Shown: piece by piece, positions 7,819 to 20,694 of the stretch
Numbering within the stretch: position 1 is the stretch's first letter
How the letters are laid out: every line of letters begins with the position of its first letter
From: Candidatus Paceibacter sp.
Lineage (GTDB): Bacteria > Patescibacteriota > Minisyncoccia > UBA6257 > JAGOQP01
Assembly (NCBI GenBank): GCA_020724905.1
Contig: DYGB01000003.1
Span: 1,431 to 65,430 of the forward strand
DNA length: 64,000 bases
Reading direction: 5' to 3'
Translations under genes and position numbers: made by a program
The notes under the pieces: generated by a model
What the model saw: only the letters and a program-made list of their open reading frames with translations
The model's database searches: none
What the model was told of the DNA's origin: nothing

Positions 7819-9102
7819 ATGCCAACACAAAAGAAACAAAATACAATAGAAAAAAAGTCCTCTCCAAAGAAAACAACGAAGAGTATTTCAACTAAGAAAA
7901 AAAAGAACGTAGTTACAAGTAGCACAAGAAAATCCTCTTCAAAAAAGAACACACATGTTGCAAGAATAAAGGTGGTAGGAATTGGAGGAGGGGGTGGAAA
8001 TGCACTCACTCGTATGACTGATCATTTTCCTCGATCAGTTGAAATGATTGCGATTAATACAGATTTACAAGATCTCGAACAAACACAGGCACGAAAAAAG
8101 ATATATATTGGAAAACAACTCACTAAGGGACTCGGGGCTGGTATGGATCCAGAACTTGGCATGAGAGCTGCTGAAGAGAACAGAGATGATATTGCAGAGT
8201 CTCTTAAAGGAGCTGACATCGTATTCCTTACCGCAGGATTTGGAGGAGGAACAGGAAGTGGTGCAACACCTGTTGTTGCAGAAATTGCTCAAGAACTTGG
8301 CATCCTTACCGTTGCGGTAGTAACAAAACCTTTTTCATTTGAAGGTTCTCAACGAGCAACGATAGCACAAGATGCTCTAGGAAGACTCAAAGACAGAGTT
8401 GATGCCTACATTACCGTATCAAACGATAAGATCTTTTCTGTTATCAATAAAGAGACCTCTCTGAAAAAAGCCTTTGAAGCAATTGATGATGTATTACAAA
8501 ATGCAGTCCTTGGAGTGACTGAGATTATTATTACCCCAGGCATTATTAACGTAGATTTCGCTGATGTTCGTGCCATTATGCAGGGAGCAGGACCTTCCAT
8601 TATTGGTCTGGGGGTTGGGTCAGGAAAAGAACGAGGTATTATGGCTGCCAATGTTGCCCTTAACTCTCCACTGCTTGAAACCACTGTTGATGGAGCAAAA
8701 GGAGTACTCTTTAGTGTTTCTGGACACAAGGATATTACCATGAATGAAATCAATGAGATTGCTCAGTCTATTGCAGAAAACGCAGATCCTTCAGCACGTA
8801 TTATCTTTGGAACGTATCATGACAGGAAGCTTTCAAAAGGAAAGATAAAGGTAACACTTATCGCTACCGGATTTGGGTCTTCGTATGGAAGAAATGTTTC
8901 TCTCTTTGGCGAACCATCATTTTCTCAAGCAACACTCTTTGGAGATGAAGGCAATGATGAAAGTGAAGATACCTACGTCCCAGAAGAACAGAAAGAAGAA
9001 TCTAGGCCAGTAATAACAAAAGATACTGAAGAGACAAGTGAAGAAGAGTTGTGGGATATTCCCGCATTTTTGAGAAAAAAGAAAGGGAAAAAGGGTAAAT
9101 AA
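7819..9102 (+). CDS. ftsZ: cell division GTPase FtsZ (with lysine-rich N-terminal extension)
   Basis: GGGGGNA tubulin signature, GGGTGSGATPVVAEIA, T7 loop region. Confidence 0.9.
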   Translation: MPTQKKQNTIEKKSSPKKTTKSISTKKKKNVVTSSTRKSSSKKNTHVARIKVVGIGGGGGNALTRMTDHFPRSVEMIAINTDLQDLEQTQARKKIYIGKQLTKGLGAGMDPELGMRAAEENRDDIAESLKGADIVFLTAGFGGGTGSGATPVVAEIAQELGILTVAVVTKPFSFEGSQRATIAQDALGRLKDRVDAYITVSNDKIFSVINKETSLKKAFEAIDDVLQNAVLGVTEIIITPGIINVDFADVRAIMQGAGPSIIGLGVGSGKERGIMAANVALNSPLLETTVDGAKGVLFSVSGHKDITMNEINEIAQSIAENADPSARIIFGTYHDRKLSKGKIKVTLIATGFGSSYGRNVSLFGEPSFSQATLFGDEGNDESEDTYVPEEQKEESRPVITKDTEETSEEELWDIPAFLRKKKGKKGK

Positions 9103-9123
9103 GTAACCACATAACAACAGCAT

Positions 9124-11661
9124 ATGTTTGATACCATTATCAAGCGCAATGGGGAAAAAGTGTCGTTTGATCAGAGCAAAATCACTGATGCAATTCTGCG
9201 AGCATTTGAAGCTGAAGGGGAGGGAGATAGAAAACTTGCTCAGAGAATATCTGACCTTACCCTTGCATCACTTCAAGATAAGGGGAAAAAGATCCCAAGC
9301 GTTGAAGATGTACAAGATGCTGTTGAAAAAACTCTTATAGAGAAAGGATTTGCAAAAATTGCAAAATCATACATTTTATACAGACGACGACGAGCTGAAA
9401 TTAGAACAGAAAAACAACAAGTCCTTAAAAAAGATACCCTTGATGAGGTAGATAAAACATTTGATGTAAATGCTCTTCGGGTACTTGCATCTCGATACCT
9501 ACGAAAAGATGATGAGGGGACAATTATCGAAACACCAAAAGAACTTTTTGAACGTGTTGCCTTGCATACAGCACTTCCTTCTCTTTTTTATGAAGCAAAA
9601 ATATTTTCAAAGAGAAAGGTGAAAAAAAGTTTTGAAGCTGCAGATGAAAAGAATCCATTCCTTAAAAAGACACTGCGTATTGGATCTTATACACTTAATG
9701 AGTTTCACAAAAAAGGATTGGTACTCCTGTACAATCGTTTTAATGAGAGGGGACAGGTTGCTGTTTCTTTTGATACGATTCTTACAAAATTGGAGAAAGG
9801 AGAATTTGATACCCATGAGAAACAGGTGAAGGAATTTTACAATACCATGGTGCGAAGAAAGTTTCTCCCTAACACTCCAGCGCTTGCAAACTTTGGTAAT
9901 CATCTTGGAATGGGGAGCGCGTGTTTTGTACTTGATGTAGAGGATTCCATTGAACATATTATGGATACCTTAAAATCAGCATCAATTATCTTTAAAGCAG
10001 GTGGTGGTGTTGGATATAATTTTTCTCATCTTCGTCCTGAAGGAGATTTTGTAAAAACAACAGGAGGAGTTGCTTCTGGACCTATTAGTTTTATGAGCAT
10101 GTTTGATAGCATGACTGATGTTATCAAACAGGGAGGAATCCGAAGAGGAGCAAATATGGGCATTGTTAACTCAAACCACCCTGATATTCTCAAGTTCATA
10201 AAAGCAAAAGAGGGGAATAAAGCGTTAAAGAATTTTAATATTTCAGTACTCCTTACCGAGGATTTCTGGGGTTACTATGAAAGTAAAAAACCCTATCCAC
10301 TTCGAAATCCTCGAACCAATAAGATAGTAGCGACTGTTGACCCACAACAACTCTTTAACTTACTGGTATACCAAGCATGGGAATCAGCTGAACCCGGAGT
10401 GCTCTTTGCTGACAGAGCAAATGCATACAATCCATTTAAAGATCACCTTGGTCCTATTGAAACAACAAATCCATGTGGAGAGGTTTTACTCTATCCAAAT
10501 GAATCATGTAACCTTGGATCTATTAACGTGTGGTCATTTGTTCATGCTGATGATAAAGGAAAGCCACAGTTTGATTGGGAGGGTCTTAGGGAAACAATTG
10601 AAACAGCAGTACGATTTCTTGATAACGTGACTGATGTTAATAGGTATCCTCTTAAAAGTATAGAAGAGATGACACTCTTTACCAGAAAGATTGGTCTTGG
10701 AGTCATGGGAGTTGCTGATGCACTTTATGAATTAGAACTCCCGTATAACGGGAAAGCGGGGCTTTCCTTCATGGAGAAATTAATGGAGTTTGTAAATTAT
10801 CATTCGAAAGTTGTATCTGTTCAGTTAGCTCGTGAGCGAGGAGCACTTCCTGCACTTAAAAAATCATTTTATCCAGAGGGGAAACTGCCATTTGCAGGAT
10901 TTGATGATAAAAAGGGACAAACACTTCCATGGAGCGCACTCAGTAAAGATGTGAAAAAGTATGGTATCCGTAATGGATATACAACAGTTATTGCTCCAAC
11001 AGGATCAATTTCTATGATTGCAGGGTGTTCATCAGGGATAGAGCCTGTCTACAGTCTTGTCTTTGAAAAACATGTTTCGGTAGGGAGTTTTTACTACGTT
11101 GATCCTGTGTTTGAGAAAGCAATGCAGAAAGAAGGTCTTATGGGAGATGATCTCATTAAAGATGTGGCTCAAAACAAAGGAAGTATAAAACAATTCTCAT
11201 ATATTCCTCCAAAGTTAAAAAAGATATTTGTTACCGCACAGGACATTACTCCTCCTGATCATATTCGAGCCCTTGCTGCATTTCAAAAATGGGTAGACTC
11301 ATCTATCTCAAAGACAAATAACTTTCCATCAGATGCAACGATTCAAGATGTAAAAGATGTATACCTTCTTGCGTACAAGATGGGATGTAAAGGAGTTACC
11401 GTGTATCGAGACGGATCAATTCAGAGCCAGGTACTCGTTTCAGGTGATGGAAAGGAAAAGAAACAAAAGAAACCATCAGAAACAACACTCACCTCAAAGA
11501 AAGATGAAAAGGCACAAGGTCTTTCAGTATACAGCGAATCTTCAGCGCATGAGAGTGAGAATGGACTCGATCTTTCCCCAACATTAATGTCCTATGAAGA
11601 AGAAGGGGAGGATGATATTGATCTTAATGGTCCAGTATCATGTAAATTATGTAATCTATAA
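9124..11661 (+). CDS. nrdJ: ribonucleotide reductase, class II (adenosylcobalamin-dependent), with ATP-cone
   Basis: N-terminal ATP-cone ([14 protein letters not shown]), active-site TNPCGEVLL...CNLGSINV typical of class II RNR. Confidence 0.8.
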   Translation: MFDTIIKRNGEKVSFDQSKITDAILRAFEAEGEGDRKLAQRISDLTLASLQDKGKKIPSVEDVQDAVEKTLIEKGFAKIAKSYILYRRRRAEIRTEKQQVLKKDTLDEVDKTFDVNALRVLASRYLRKDDEGTIIETPKELFERVALHTALPSLFYEAKIFSKRKVKKSFEAADEKNPFLKKTLRIGSYTLNEFHKKGLVLLYNRFNERGQVAVSFDTILTKLEKGEFDTHEKQVKEFYNTMVRRKFLPNTPALANFGNHLGMGSACFVLDVEDSIEHIMDTLKSASIIFKAGGGVGYNFSHLRPEGDFVKTTGGVASGPISFMSMFDSMTDVIKQGGIRRGANMGIVNSNHPDILKFIKAKEGNKALKNFNISVLLTEDFWGYYESKKPYPLRNPRTNKIVATVDPQQLFNLLVYQAWESAEPGVLFADRANAYNPFKDHLGPIETTNPCGEVLLYPNESCNLGSINVWSFVHADDKGKPQFDWEGLRETIETAVRFLDNVTDVNRYPLKSIEEMTLFTRKIGLGVMGVADALYELELPYNGKAGLSFMEKLMEFVNYHSKVVSVQLARERGALPALKKSFYPEGKLPFAGFDDKKGQTLPWSALSKDVKKYGIRNGYTTVIAPTGSISMIAGCSSGIEPVYSLVFEKHVSVGSFYYVDPVFEKAMQKEGLMGDDLIKDVAQNKGSIKQFSYIPPKLKKIFVTAQDITPPDHIRALAAFQKWVDSSISKTNNFPSDATIQDVKDVYLLAYKMGCKGVTVYRDGSIQSQVLVSGDGKEKKQKKPSETTLTSKKDEKAQGLSVYSESSAHESENGLDLSPTLMSYEEEGEDDIDLNGPVSCKLCNL

Positions 11662-11663
11662 TT

Positions 11664-12107
11664 ATGAGTTCTCCTGAGCGTATACGAAATGTTGTTGCAA
11701 GTATCATTGGGATACTTGCTTTTGGGGGCCTTTTTAATGCGCTTGCTATCTTTCATCAGTGGTACGGGGAAGCTGAAGAAAGTATTTCATGTGTGTTTGG
11801 AGGAGGGTGTGATACTGTTCTTTCTTCTTCCTATGCATCTTTATTCTCTATTCCTCTTAGTGTCTGGGGGATAGCATACTATCTCATTATTCTAACTCTC
11901 GTGCTTATATTTCTTGGAAGAAAGAATATCCATGTAATACGTCTTTTGATGGTAGGGGTGTTATGTGGACTTGCATTCTCCCTCTATCTTTTTTTGATAC
12001 AGGCACTCGTGCTTGGGACATTTTGTTCATCCTGTCTTCTCTCTTTTGCTGATGTTATCCTTATGACAGGTCTTATCATGGGATTTTTTAAACATATCGT
12101 ACGATGA
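11664..12107 (+). CDS. vitamin K epoxide reductase (VKOR)-family membrane protein
   Basis: 4-5 TM segments; Cys pairs CVFGGGC and CSSC with the downstream SIPLSVWG pattern as in VKOR/DsbB-like proteins. Confidence 0.6.
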   Translation: MSSPERIRNVVASIIGILAFGGLFNALAIFHQWYGEAEESISCVFGGGCDTVLSSSYASLFSIPLSVWGIAYYLIILTLVLIFLGRKNIHVIRLLMVGVLCGLAFSLYLFLIQALVLGTFCSSCLLSFADVILMTGLIMGFFKHIVR

Positions 12108-12976
12108 AATCACTTCGAGATACAGCACAAGAAGCAGTAGCGAATTATAAAGCAATTGGTCATTTTAATATTTCAAATAGAGAGGGCTTTAATGCAGTAT
12201 GTCTCGCAGCACAGAAAAAGAATGCCCCAGTTATCATAGGTCTTTCTGAAGGAGAAAGAGAGTTTCTTGGGCTTGATATAGTGGTTCGTATGGTACAGGA
12301 GGCACGAGAAACATATCAGATTCCACTCTATCTCAATGCAGATCATACACATTCACTTAAAGCTGTATATGAAGCAGTCCAGGCAGGATGTGATGCAGTA
12401 CTCTTTGATGGGACAGGTATGTCATGGGAAGAAAATATAGAACAGACAAAGAAGGCTCGGGAATATATAGATGCATATAATAAAAAACAAGGGACTGATG
12501 TTCTTTTAGAAGCTGAGGTAGGATATATTGGATCAGGTTCAGTTATTTTTGAAGATCTTCCAAAAGGAGTATCTCTTGATGATGCTTCTTTGACTACCCC
12601 TCAACAGGCAGAGACATTTGTGAAAGAAACAGGGGTAGATTTATTTGCTCCTGCGGTAGGGAATGTACATGGCATGTATAAAAATAAGAAGAATCCAGAA
12701 CTTGATACTAAACGCATTGGACAGATTGTAGAGCAGATAGATGCACATCTTGTCCTTCATGGGGGATCAGGGATTGATGATACTAATATGAAGGATGCTA
12801 TTAAAGCAGGAATAGGAATCGTTCATGTGAGTACTGAATTGAGAATTACCTGGAAGGAGGGGATTGAGGAAGCATTTGGAAAAGGAGAACTCGCTCCCTA
12901 CAAGGTAGCAGCATACGCACAAAAGAAGATGCAAGATGTTATTGAAACAAAATTAGCATTGTATGGATGGAACTAA
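12104..12976 (+). CDS. fba: fructose-bisphosphate aldolase, class II
   Basis: HFNISNREG, LNADHTHS, HGGSGI motifs. Confidence 0.85.
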   Translation: MKSLRDTAQEAVANYKAIGHFNISNREGFNAVCLAAQKKNAPVIIGLSEGEREFLGLDIVVRMVQEARETYQIPLYLNADHTHSLKAVYEAVQAGCDAVLFDGTGMSWEENIEQTKKAREYIDAYNKKQGTDVLLEAEVGYIGSGSVIFEDLPKGVSLDDASLTTPQQAETFVKETGVDLFAPAVGNVHGMYKNKKNPELDTKRIGQIVEQIDAHLVLHGGSGIDDTNMKDAIKAGIGIVHVSTELRITWKEGIEEAFGKGELAPYKVAAYAQKKMQDVIETKLALYGWN

Positions 12977-14138
12977 AAGAGGATTTACTCTTGTTGAGAT
13001 TCTTATCGCTATTGCCATTTTGGGTATTCTTTCTGCTGCATCATTTGTTGCAATAAATCCATCTGAACGATTTAAACAGTCTCGGGATACTGAGCGGGTT
13101 GCAGACATTTCAAACTTGAATACGTTAATAAGTCAGAAAAGATATTCTCATGTACGACGTGATTTGGGGAATGCTCAGGTAGTATATATTTCTCTTCCTG
13201 ATACATCTGCAACCTGTAGTTCATATACACTCCCTACACTTCCCTCAGGATGGTCATATGCATGTGTTGCCCAAGAAGATGTGCTCAATGTTGATGGGAC
13301 AGGATGGCTTCCTGTAGATATATCAGAATCACGAGCAATGAGTGCACTTCCTCTTGATCCGCTTAATACGCAAGACTATTTCTATGCCTATACTATTGAT
13401 AGTAATGAGGCGTTTGTATTAACATCAGCGCTTGAATCAGAAGAGAAGTTAAAAGGAACAGCTACAACTGATGGAGGAAATGATGATGTACGATTTGAAA
13501 AGGGGACTAATCTTGCTCTGTGGAGTGAAACACTCTCTTTGTTGGGGAAATGGAATCTTAATGATGGAAGTGGCTCAGTTGCAAAAGATGCATCTTCTGA
13601 ACAGAATGATGGGACAGTTTATAGTGGGGTATGGGAACAGGAGGATTGTATCTCAGGAGGATGTCTGTCATTTTCAGGGGCAACGTGGGTTGATTTAGGC
13701 AATTTGGGTGATCCTAATGCAGGAACAATTGCTTTATGGTTTAAGAAACCAAATATAAATTCGGGAGCTCAGTACTTTCTTGATGGAAGGGGAACGGGGA
13801 ATTGGTGGTTTTTACAAGACTATGTTTCTGGATCATGTACCGATTCAAATGGGAATGCCTGTTTTTATGGTAGAGTTCAAGCTCCATCTTCCTCTTTTTC
13901 CAATAATACGTGGCACCATCTTGTTTTAACAACAGACGGAAGTGCATCAAATATATATGTAGATGGAGATCTTATATCATCAGGATCAGGACTAGATCCT
14001 AACTTTACATCTGTGCGAGTGGGTGCTCGCTATACGACCACAAGTTTTTTTGTAGGGACGATGGATGAGATTGCATTATATGGAAGAGCGCTGACAGCCA
14101 CAGAAATAAATTCTCTATACAAGGCCCAATCAGAATAA
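12963..14138 (+). CDS. type IV pilin-like protein with C-terminal LamG/concanavalin-like domain
   Basis: Prepilin N-terminus GFTLVEILIAIAILGILSAASFV; C-terminal LamG-like pattern (WHHLVLTTDG...IYVDG...MDEIALYGRALTATEINSLY). Confidence 0.75.
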   Translation: MDGTKRGFTLVEILIAIAILGILSAASFVAINPSERFKQSRDTERVADISNLNTLISQKRYSHVRRDLGNAQVVYISLPDTSATCSSYTLPTLPSGWSYACVAQEDVLNVDGTGWLPVDISESRAMSALPLDPLNTQDYFYAYTIDSNEAFVLTSALESEEKLKGTATTDGGNDDVRFEKGTNLALWSETLSLLGKWNLNDGSGSVAKDASSEQNDGTVYSGVWEQEDCISGGCLSFSGATWVDLGNLGDPNAGTIALWFKKPNINSGAQYFLDGRGTGNWWFLQDYVSGSCTDSNGNACFYGRVQAPSSSFSNNTWHHLVLTTDGSASNIYVDGDLISSGSGLDPNFTSVRVGARYTTTSFFVGTMDEIALYGRALTATEINSLYKAQSE

Positions 14139-14195
14139 ACTTGCTTTTTTCCCTCCTTTCCGGTAGTCTAGCTTGTGTATTAAAGACAGACACTT

Positions 14196-14840
14196 ATGTT
14201 TCAATTAAAAGCTGAAAAAAGAGAACGTGTAGGAACACAACTTGCAGCCCTCAGAGAAGAAGGGAAAATTCCTGCTGAAATCTATGGAGAGGGGATTGAT
14301 GAGAATATTCATCTCTTTATTAACGAAAAAGAGTTTCTTGGTGTATTTAAAGAAGCAGGAGAAAGCTCTATCGTTGAAGTTGAATTTGAAGGAAAGAAAA
14401 TTCCAGTTATTATTCATGACCTTCAAAAAGATCAGCTAGGAGATAGGTTTCTTCATATTGACCTCTATGCTGTTGATATGAATAAAGAAATTACCGCTGA
14501 AATTCCACTTCACTTTATCGGAGAATCACCACTTGCACGCACAGGAAGCGCTGTACTTGTAAAATCACTGAATGAAATTGAAGTTGAAACACTTCCATCT
14601 CATCTTCCTCAGCATGTTGATATTGATGTTTCAGTACTTGTTGAATTGAACGATACGATCCATGTGAAAGATCTCTCACTTCCAAAAGAAGTTAAGGTTC
14701 TCACAGACCCTGAAACAGTTATCGTATCAGCAACAGAAATACAAGAAGAAGAACCAGAAGAGGTAGAAACTCCAGAAGAGGAGGGAGCAAAGGAAGAATC
14801 TTCAGAGAAAGAGGTCTCAGAAGAAGAAGCAAAAGAATAA
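14196..14840 (+). CDS. rplY: 50S ribosomal protein L25 / general stress protein Ctc (acidic C-terminal tail)
   Basis: MFQLKAEKRERVGTQLAALREEGKIPAEIYG; followed by intrinsic terminator 14841-14875. Confidence 0.85.
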   Translation: MFQLKAEKRERVGTQLAALREEGKIPAEIYGEGIDENIHLFINEKEFLGVFKEAGESSIVEVEFEGKKIPVIIHDLQKDQLGDRFLHIDLYAVDMNKEITAEIPLHFIGESPLARTGSAVLVKSLNEIEVETLPSHLPQHVDIDVSVLVELNDTIHVKDLSLPKEVKVLTDPETVIVSATEIQEEEPEEVETPEEEGAKEESSEKEVSEEEAKE

Positions 14841-14900
14841 AACAAATAACCCCTTTAGGGGGTTATTTTTTTATGAGAGAGGAAATGATATACTTGTAGC

Positions 14901-16358
14901 ATGAAGCGGGTAGAAAGCGAGTATATGGAAGAACAGAAAAGAACAGTACGTATTCCCTACATGCGTATTCTTTCCTATGTCGTTATTTCTTCTGCTATCT
15001 GTACCTTTGTGTTTGGATCAGCATATGCCCCTATCCAACACTATTCCCTTGCTGCTCCAGATGTTGAATTAGAGAGACAGTCACTTGAGGCACAACTCCG
15101 TGCACTTGAAGAAGAGATTGCTCAAAATGAGGCACAGGTGAATGCGTATCGACAACAAGGACAAACACTTCAGGGAGAAATCAACTCTCTTAATGCAAAA
15201 ATTAGTAGTATTAATCTTCAGATTCGTGCTATTACCCTTACCCTTCAGAGATTAAATGGTGATATTTCCACAACCGAAGAGGAGATTGAAGGAAAAGAAA
15301 ATCAAATAGAAGAATACAAGGAATATTTAAGTAATGTACTTCAGAATCTCTATGAAAATGATCAGCAGAGTGCCATTGAAATGATTATGTCCAATCCTCG
15401 TTTTTCAGATTTTTTTCTTGATGTGAGTAACATGCTTGCACTACAAGATAATCTACGAGGAACCTTAGAGAAAGTTATTGAATTGAAAAACCAACTTATT
15501 ATGCAAAAGGAGGCCCTTGCTCTTGATTACGAAGAAGCAGCAGATCTTCGAGAATATCAGGAGTATCAAAGAAATCTTACCAAACAGATAGAAGATGAGA
15601 AAAAGTATCTCCTTACTATTACAAAAGGACAAGAATCAAAGTATCAACAGATTGTAAATGAAAAGAAGAAAACGGCAACTGAAATTAGAAGCCGTATCTA
15701 CACCCTTATTGGAGGAGGGGAGCTTTCATTTGGAGATGCATATAATCTGGCTAAGATTGCATCAGATGCAACAGGAGTACGTACTGCTATGATTCTTGCG
15801 GTACTTGATCAAGAATCAGCTCTTGGACGAAATGTTGGGCAGTGTACCTATGATGTGAACCCCTACTACCCTGACAGAGCAACAAACAAAACAACAATGC
15901 ATCCAACACGAGATATTCCATCATTTCTTTCTATTCTCTCAGAGCTTCGTAATGCAGGTTCCTATGTTCCAGAGCCTCCTCTAGTATCATGTCCAATTCC
16001 TCGTGATGGAGCCTATGGAGGAGCAATGGGTCCAGCACAGTTTATTCCATCAACATGGGAGATGTATAAAGATAGAGTTGGTTCGGTGACTGGGAATAAT
16101 CCTCCATCTCCATGGAGAAATGTTGATGCCTTTGTGGCAACAGGACTCTATCTCTCTGATGCATACAACTCAGCATCATGTCGAAAGTATGGTACTGATT
16201 ATGATCACATTCTACCCGAAAGAACGCTTCGAGAACGATGTGCGGCAGCACAATACTACGCAGGAGGACGATGGTGGGATTATCGCTTTATCTATGGAGA
16301 CCCTGTTGTTGAGAGAGCAAATCGATTTGAGGAAGATATCAAGATCCTCAATAGTTAA
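14901..16358 (+). CDS. coiled-coil protein with C-terminal lytic transglycosylase (SLT)-like domain
   Basis: N-terminal TM and long coiled coil; C-terminal ESALGRN and GAMGPAQFIPSTW motifs of SLT-family glycosylases. Confidence 0.65.
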   Translation: MKRVESEYMEEQKRTVRIPYMRILSYVVISSAICTFVFGSAYAPIQHYSLAAPDVELERQSLEAQLRALEEEIAQNEAQVNAYRQQGQTLQGEINSLNAKISSINLQIRAITLTLQRLNGDISTTEEEIEGKENQIEEYKEYLSNVLQNLYENDQQSAIEMIMSNPRFSDFFLDVSNMLALQDNLRGTLEKVIELKNQLIMQKEALALDYEEAADLREYQEYQRNLTKQIEDEKKYLLTITKGQESKYQQIVNEKKKTATEIRSRIYTLIGGGELSFGDAYNLAKIASDATGVRTAMILAVLDQESALGRNVGQCTYDVNPYYPDRATNKTTMHPTRDIPSFLSILSELRNAGSYVPEPPLVSCPIPRDGAYGGAMGPAQFIPSTWEMYKDRVGSVTGNNPPSPWRNVDAFVATGLYLSDAYNSASCRKYGTDYDHILPERTLRERCAAAQYYAGGRWWDYRFIYGDPVVERANRFEEDIKILNS

Positions 16359-17086
16359 GATTGTTTTCTAAACGCTTTTACGATAGGAGAGAGATCTCCT
16401 GCAAGAATGGTTTCAATATTATGAAACTTCTTTCCAATACGATGATCGGTAATACGATCATTAGGGAAGTTATAAGTTCTAATTTTTTCTGATCGGTCCA
16501 TTGACCCAATTTGTTCTTTTCTAAGTTCTCCAAGAGATGCAGCTTCTTGTTCTCTCATTGCTTCATAGAGTTTTGATCGGAGAATATTCATAGCACTTTC
16601 TTTGTTTGCATTCTGAGAACGTTCTTTTTGAGATGCAACAACAACTCCGGTAGGGATGTGAGTGATACGAACAGCGGTTTCTACCTTGTTTACGTTTTGT
16701 CCTCCAGGTCCAGATGATCGAAAGAATGATATATCAAGATCACTTGGTACAATTTCAACTTTCTGAGGTTCTACCTCTGGGAGGATAGCAACTGAAGCGG
16801 TTGAGGTATGCACGCGCCCTGATTTTTCTGTTGAAGGAACTCTTTGAACTCGATGTACTCCTGATTCTTGTTTGAGTTCGTCATATACGCCATCACCCTT
16901 TATTTTTCCAATAAAGGTTTTATATCCATCAAGAGATGTTTTGTTTGAATCGAGTTCGATAAATTTCCATCCCCTTATTTGGGCATAGCGTTGATACATA
17001 GTGACAAGATTTCCAGCAAAAAGACTGGCTTCATCGCCACCTGCTCCTGCACGAACTTCCATGATAATTGATTGCATACTACGCAA
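16355..17086 (-). CDS. prfA: peptide chain release factor 1, N-terminal domain 1 absent
   Basis: GGQ motif (SGPGGQNVN), RF1-type tripeptide region [17 protein letters not shown]. Aligns to E. coli RF1 from about residue 104 onward; the start overlaps the rpmE stop by 8 nt. Confidence 0.8.
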   Translation of the reverse strand: MRSMQSIIMEVRAGAGGDEASLFAGNLVTMYQRYAQIRGWKFIELDSNKTSLDGYKTFIGKIKGDGVYDELKQESGVHRVQRVPSTEKSGRVHTSTASVAILPEVEPQKVEIVPSDLDISFFRSSGPGGQNVNKVETAVRITHIPTGVVVASQKERSQNANKESAMNILRSKLYEAMREQEAASLGELRKEQIGSMDRSEKIRTYNFPNDRITDHRIGKKFHNIETILAGDLSPIVKAFRKQS

Positions 17087-17372
17087 CGATTTTCTTTTTC
17101 GTCTCTTTCTTTGTTTGAGTTTTCTTTCGAGATGCTCGTTTTTCTGTTTTGCTTCGAGTTGTTTTCTTTGCAGCTTTTTCTTGTCGTGCCTTAAACTTCT
17201 CTACACGACCAGCAGTATCAATAAGCTTCTTTTTCCCTGTATAGGTAGGATGGCAAGCATAACAAATTTCAACAGAAATTTCTTTATGTGTTGATCCTAT
17301 CGTAAAGGTATTTCCGCATGCGCAAGACACTTTTGCTTTTGGATGATATTCTGGATGAGTTTCCTTTTTCAT
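17079..17372 (-). CDS. rpmE: 50S ribosomal protein L31 with ~30-aa lysine-rich C-terminal extension
   Basis: MKKETHPEY...CACGNTF...[24 protein letters not shown]. Confidence 0.85.
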   Translation of the reverse strand: MKKETHPEYHPKAKVSCACGNTFTIGSTHKEISVEICYACHPTYTGKKKLIDTAGRVEKFKARQEKAAKKTTRSKTEKRASRKKTQTKKETKKKIVA

Positions 17373-17423
17373 ATAATAAATAAAATAAATCTACGTTGAG
17401 CAGTGTAGCGCATATAGAGTGTC

Positions 17424-17451
17424 TTGACAAGAGATAAAAGGTGAGTATACT
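17424..17451 (+). promoter_or_regulatory. sigma70-type promoter upstream of 16S rRNA (TTGACA, 16-nt spacer, TATACT)
   Basis: Exact consensus hexamers read in sequence ~100 nt upstream of the 16S 5' end. Confidence 0.6.
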
Positions 17452-17551
17452 AATCTCTTGTGTACACTACAACAGAATAAAGACACAAACATGTATAACA
17501 ACTAGTATATATTTTATATATTTTTCTAGTTGCCTCGTTTATTTTTTTATT

Positions 17552-19285
<1,734 letters not shown>

Positions 19286-19410
19286 CACTACAACGGTTGA
19301 TCTACATTCGTAGAGGAATTAGTCGAGGATCCTTAAGTTTCGACTCCTCATGGTTACATGAGGTAGGACAACAATAACGAGGCAACTAGAAAAGTATATA
19401 CATGTGTCAC

Positions 19411-19446
19411 ACAAAAAACTCCTTTTACTTGAAGGAGTTTTTTGAT
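19411..19446 (+). terminator. intrinsic terminator after rRNA trailer
   Basis: aactcctt/aaggagtt stem, then T-run. Confidence 0.6.
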
Positions 19447-19462
19447 ATGATAGAGGGGAACT

Positions 19463-19852
19463 ATGGAAAACCAGACACCACATACAGTACTGCTTATTGA
19501 GGACGATCAGTTTCTTTCCTCATTATTAAAAAACCGTCTTATCAAAGAAGGGCTTGGAGTCGTTCATGCACGAGATGGAGAAGAGGCACTTGCCTTACTC
19601 ACAGAAAAGAAACCAGATGTTATTCTTCTTGACCTTATCTTGCCAAAGAAATCAGGATTTGAAGTTATGGAGGGGATTCGTCAAGATCCACAATTAGAGA
19701 ATGCTCCTATTATCATCATCTCAAACCTTGGACAACCAGAAGATATTCAGAAAGGGCAGAACTTGGGAGCAGTTGAATATTTCGTAAAAGCTAAAACATC
19801 TATTGATGATTTAGTAAAAAATGTCACATCGTTTCTTTCAGGGGATAAATAG
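19463..19852 (+). CDS. response regulator receiver-domain protein (CheY-like, stand-alone)
   Basis: LIEDD...DVILLDLILPKKSGFEV receiver-domain pattern. Confidence 0.8.
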   Translation: MENQTPHTVLLIEDDQFLSSLLKNRLIKEGLGVVHARDGEEALALLTEKKPDVILLDLILPKKSGFEVMEGIRQDPQLENAPIIIISNLGQPEDIQKGQNLGAVEYFVKAKTSIDDLVKNVTSFLSGDK

Positions 19853-19933
19853 GTTTTCAACAGAACCATTTCCCTCATAAACAAAAGATGCTACAATAAA
19901 ACATATATTTATTTGGAACTCTAATTTAACTAC

Positions 19934-20491
19934 ATGAATACAAAAGGATTTACACTCGTTGAGCTTCTGGTCGTTATTGGTATTCTAGCTATTTTAACTG
20001 CTGCAGTGGTTATTATCTTAAATCCTGCTGAGTTGTTGAGACAAGCTCGAGACAGTCAACGATTTACTGATCTTGATGCAGTGAGAAATGCTATCTCTCT
20101 CTATCTTGCTGACCGGGGATCAAGTGCTAGCCTTACAGGAAGCGCAAGCAATTGTTATGTGTATACAGGAGGTGCAACTTCAACTGAATGTGGGGGAAGA
20201 TTTGAAAGCTCACAGACAGCTGTCCCAGTAAGTTCGCTCAGCGTTGTTGGTGGTGCGGGTTGGATTCCTATTGATTTTTCAGCCATTTCATCTGGATCAC
20301 CATTATCAGTTCTTCCTCAGGACCCAAGTCATGGAGCAACGTATTACTATGCGTATACAGCAGACAATACATCATATGACTTTGAATTGAATGCCGTTCT
20401 AGAAAGTACAAAATATGTAGGTGATAAAGATGCAAATGATGGAGGAGATAATGTAAATGTGTACGAAGTGGGAAGCGATCTAACTCTATAA
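19934..20491 (+). CDS. type IV pilin-like protein (paralog A)
   Basis: MNTKGFTLVELLVVIGILAILTAAVVIILNP prepilin leader and N-terminal helix. Confidence 0.8.
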   Translation: MNTKGFTLVELLVVIGILAILTAAVVIILNPAELLRQARDSQRFTDLDAVRNAISLYLADRGSSASLTGSASNCYVYTGGATSTECGGRFESSQTAVPVSSLSVVGGAGWIPIDFSAISSGSPLSVLPQDPSHGATYYYAYTADNTSYDFELNAVLESTKYVGDKDANDGGDNVNVYEVGSDLTL

Positions 20492-20694
20492 TGGTGATTG
20501 TTATTTCGGTTGGTATTTGTTTAGTACTATTAGGAGCGCAGATATTTCTGCGCTCTTTTTATATTTTTCTCAAAAATAGAGATGTTAATAGATAAGTAGT
20601 CTAATTAAAATAGATTATCCACAGAACCATTTCCCTCATAAACAAAAGATGCTACAATAAAACATATATTTATTTGGAACTCTAATTTAACTAC

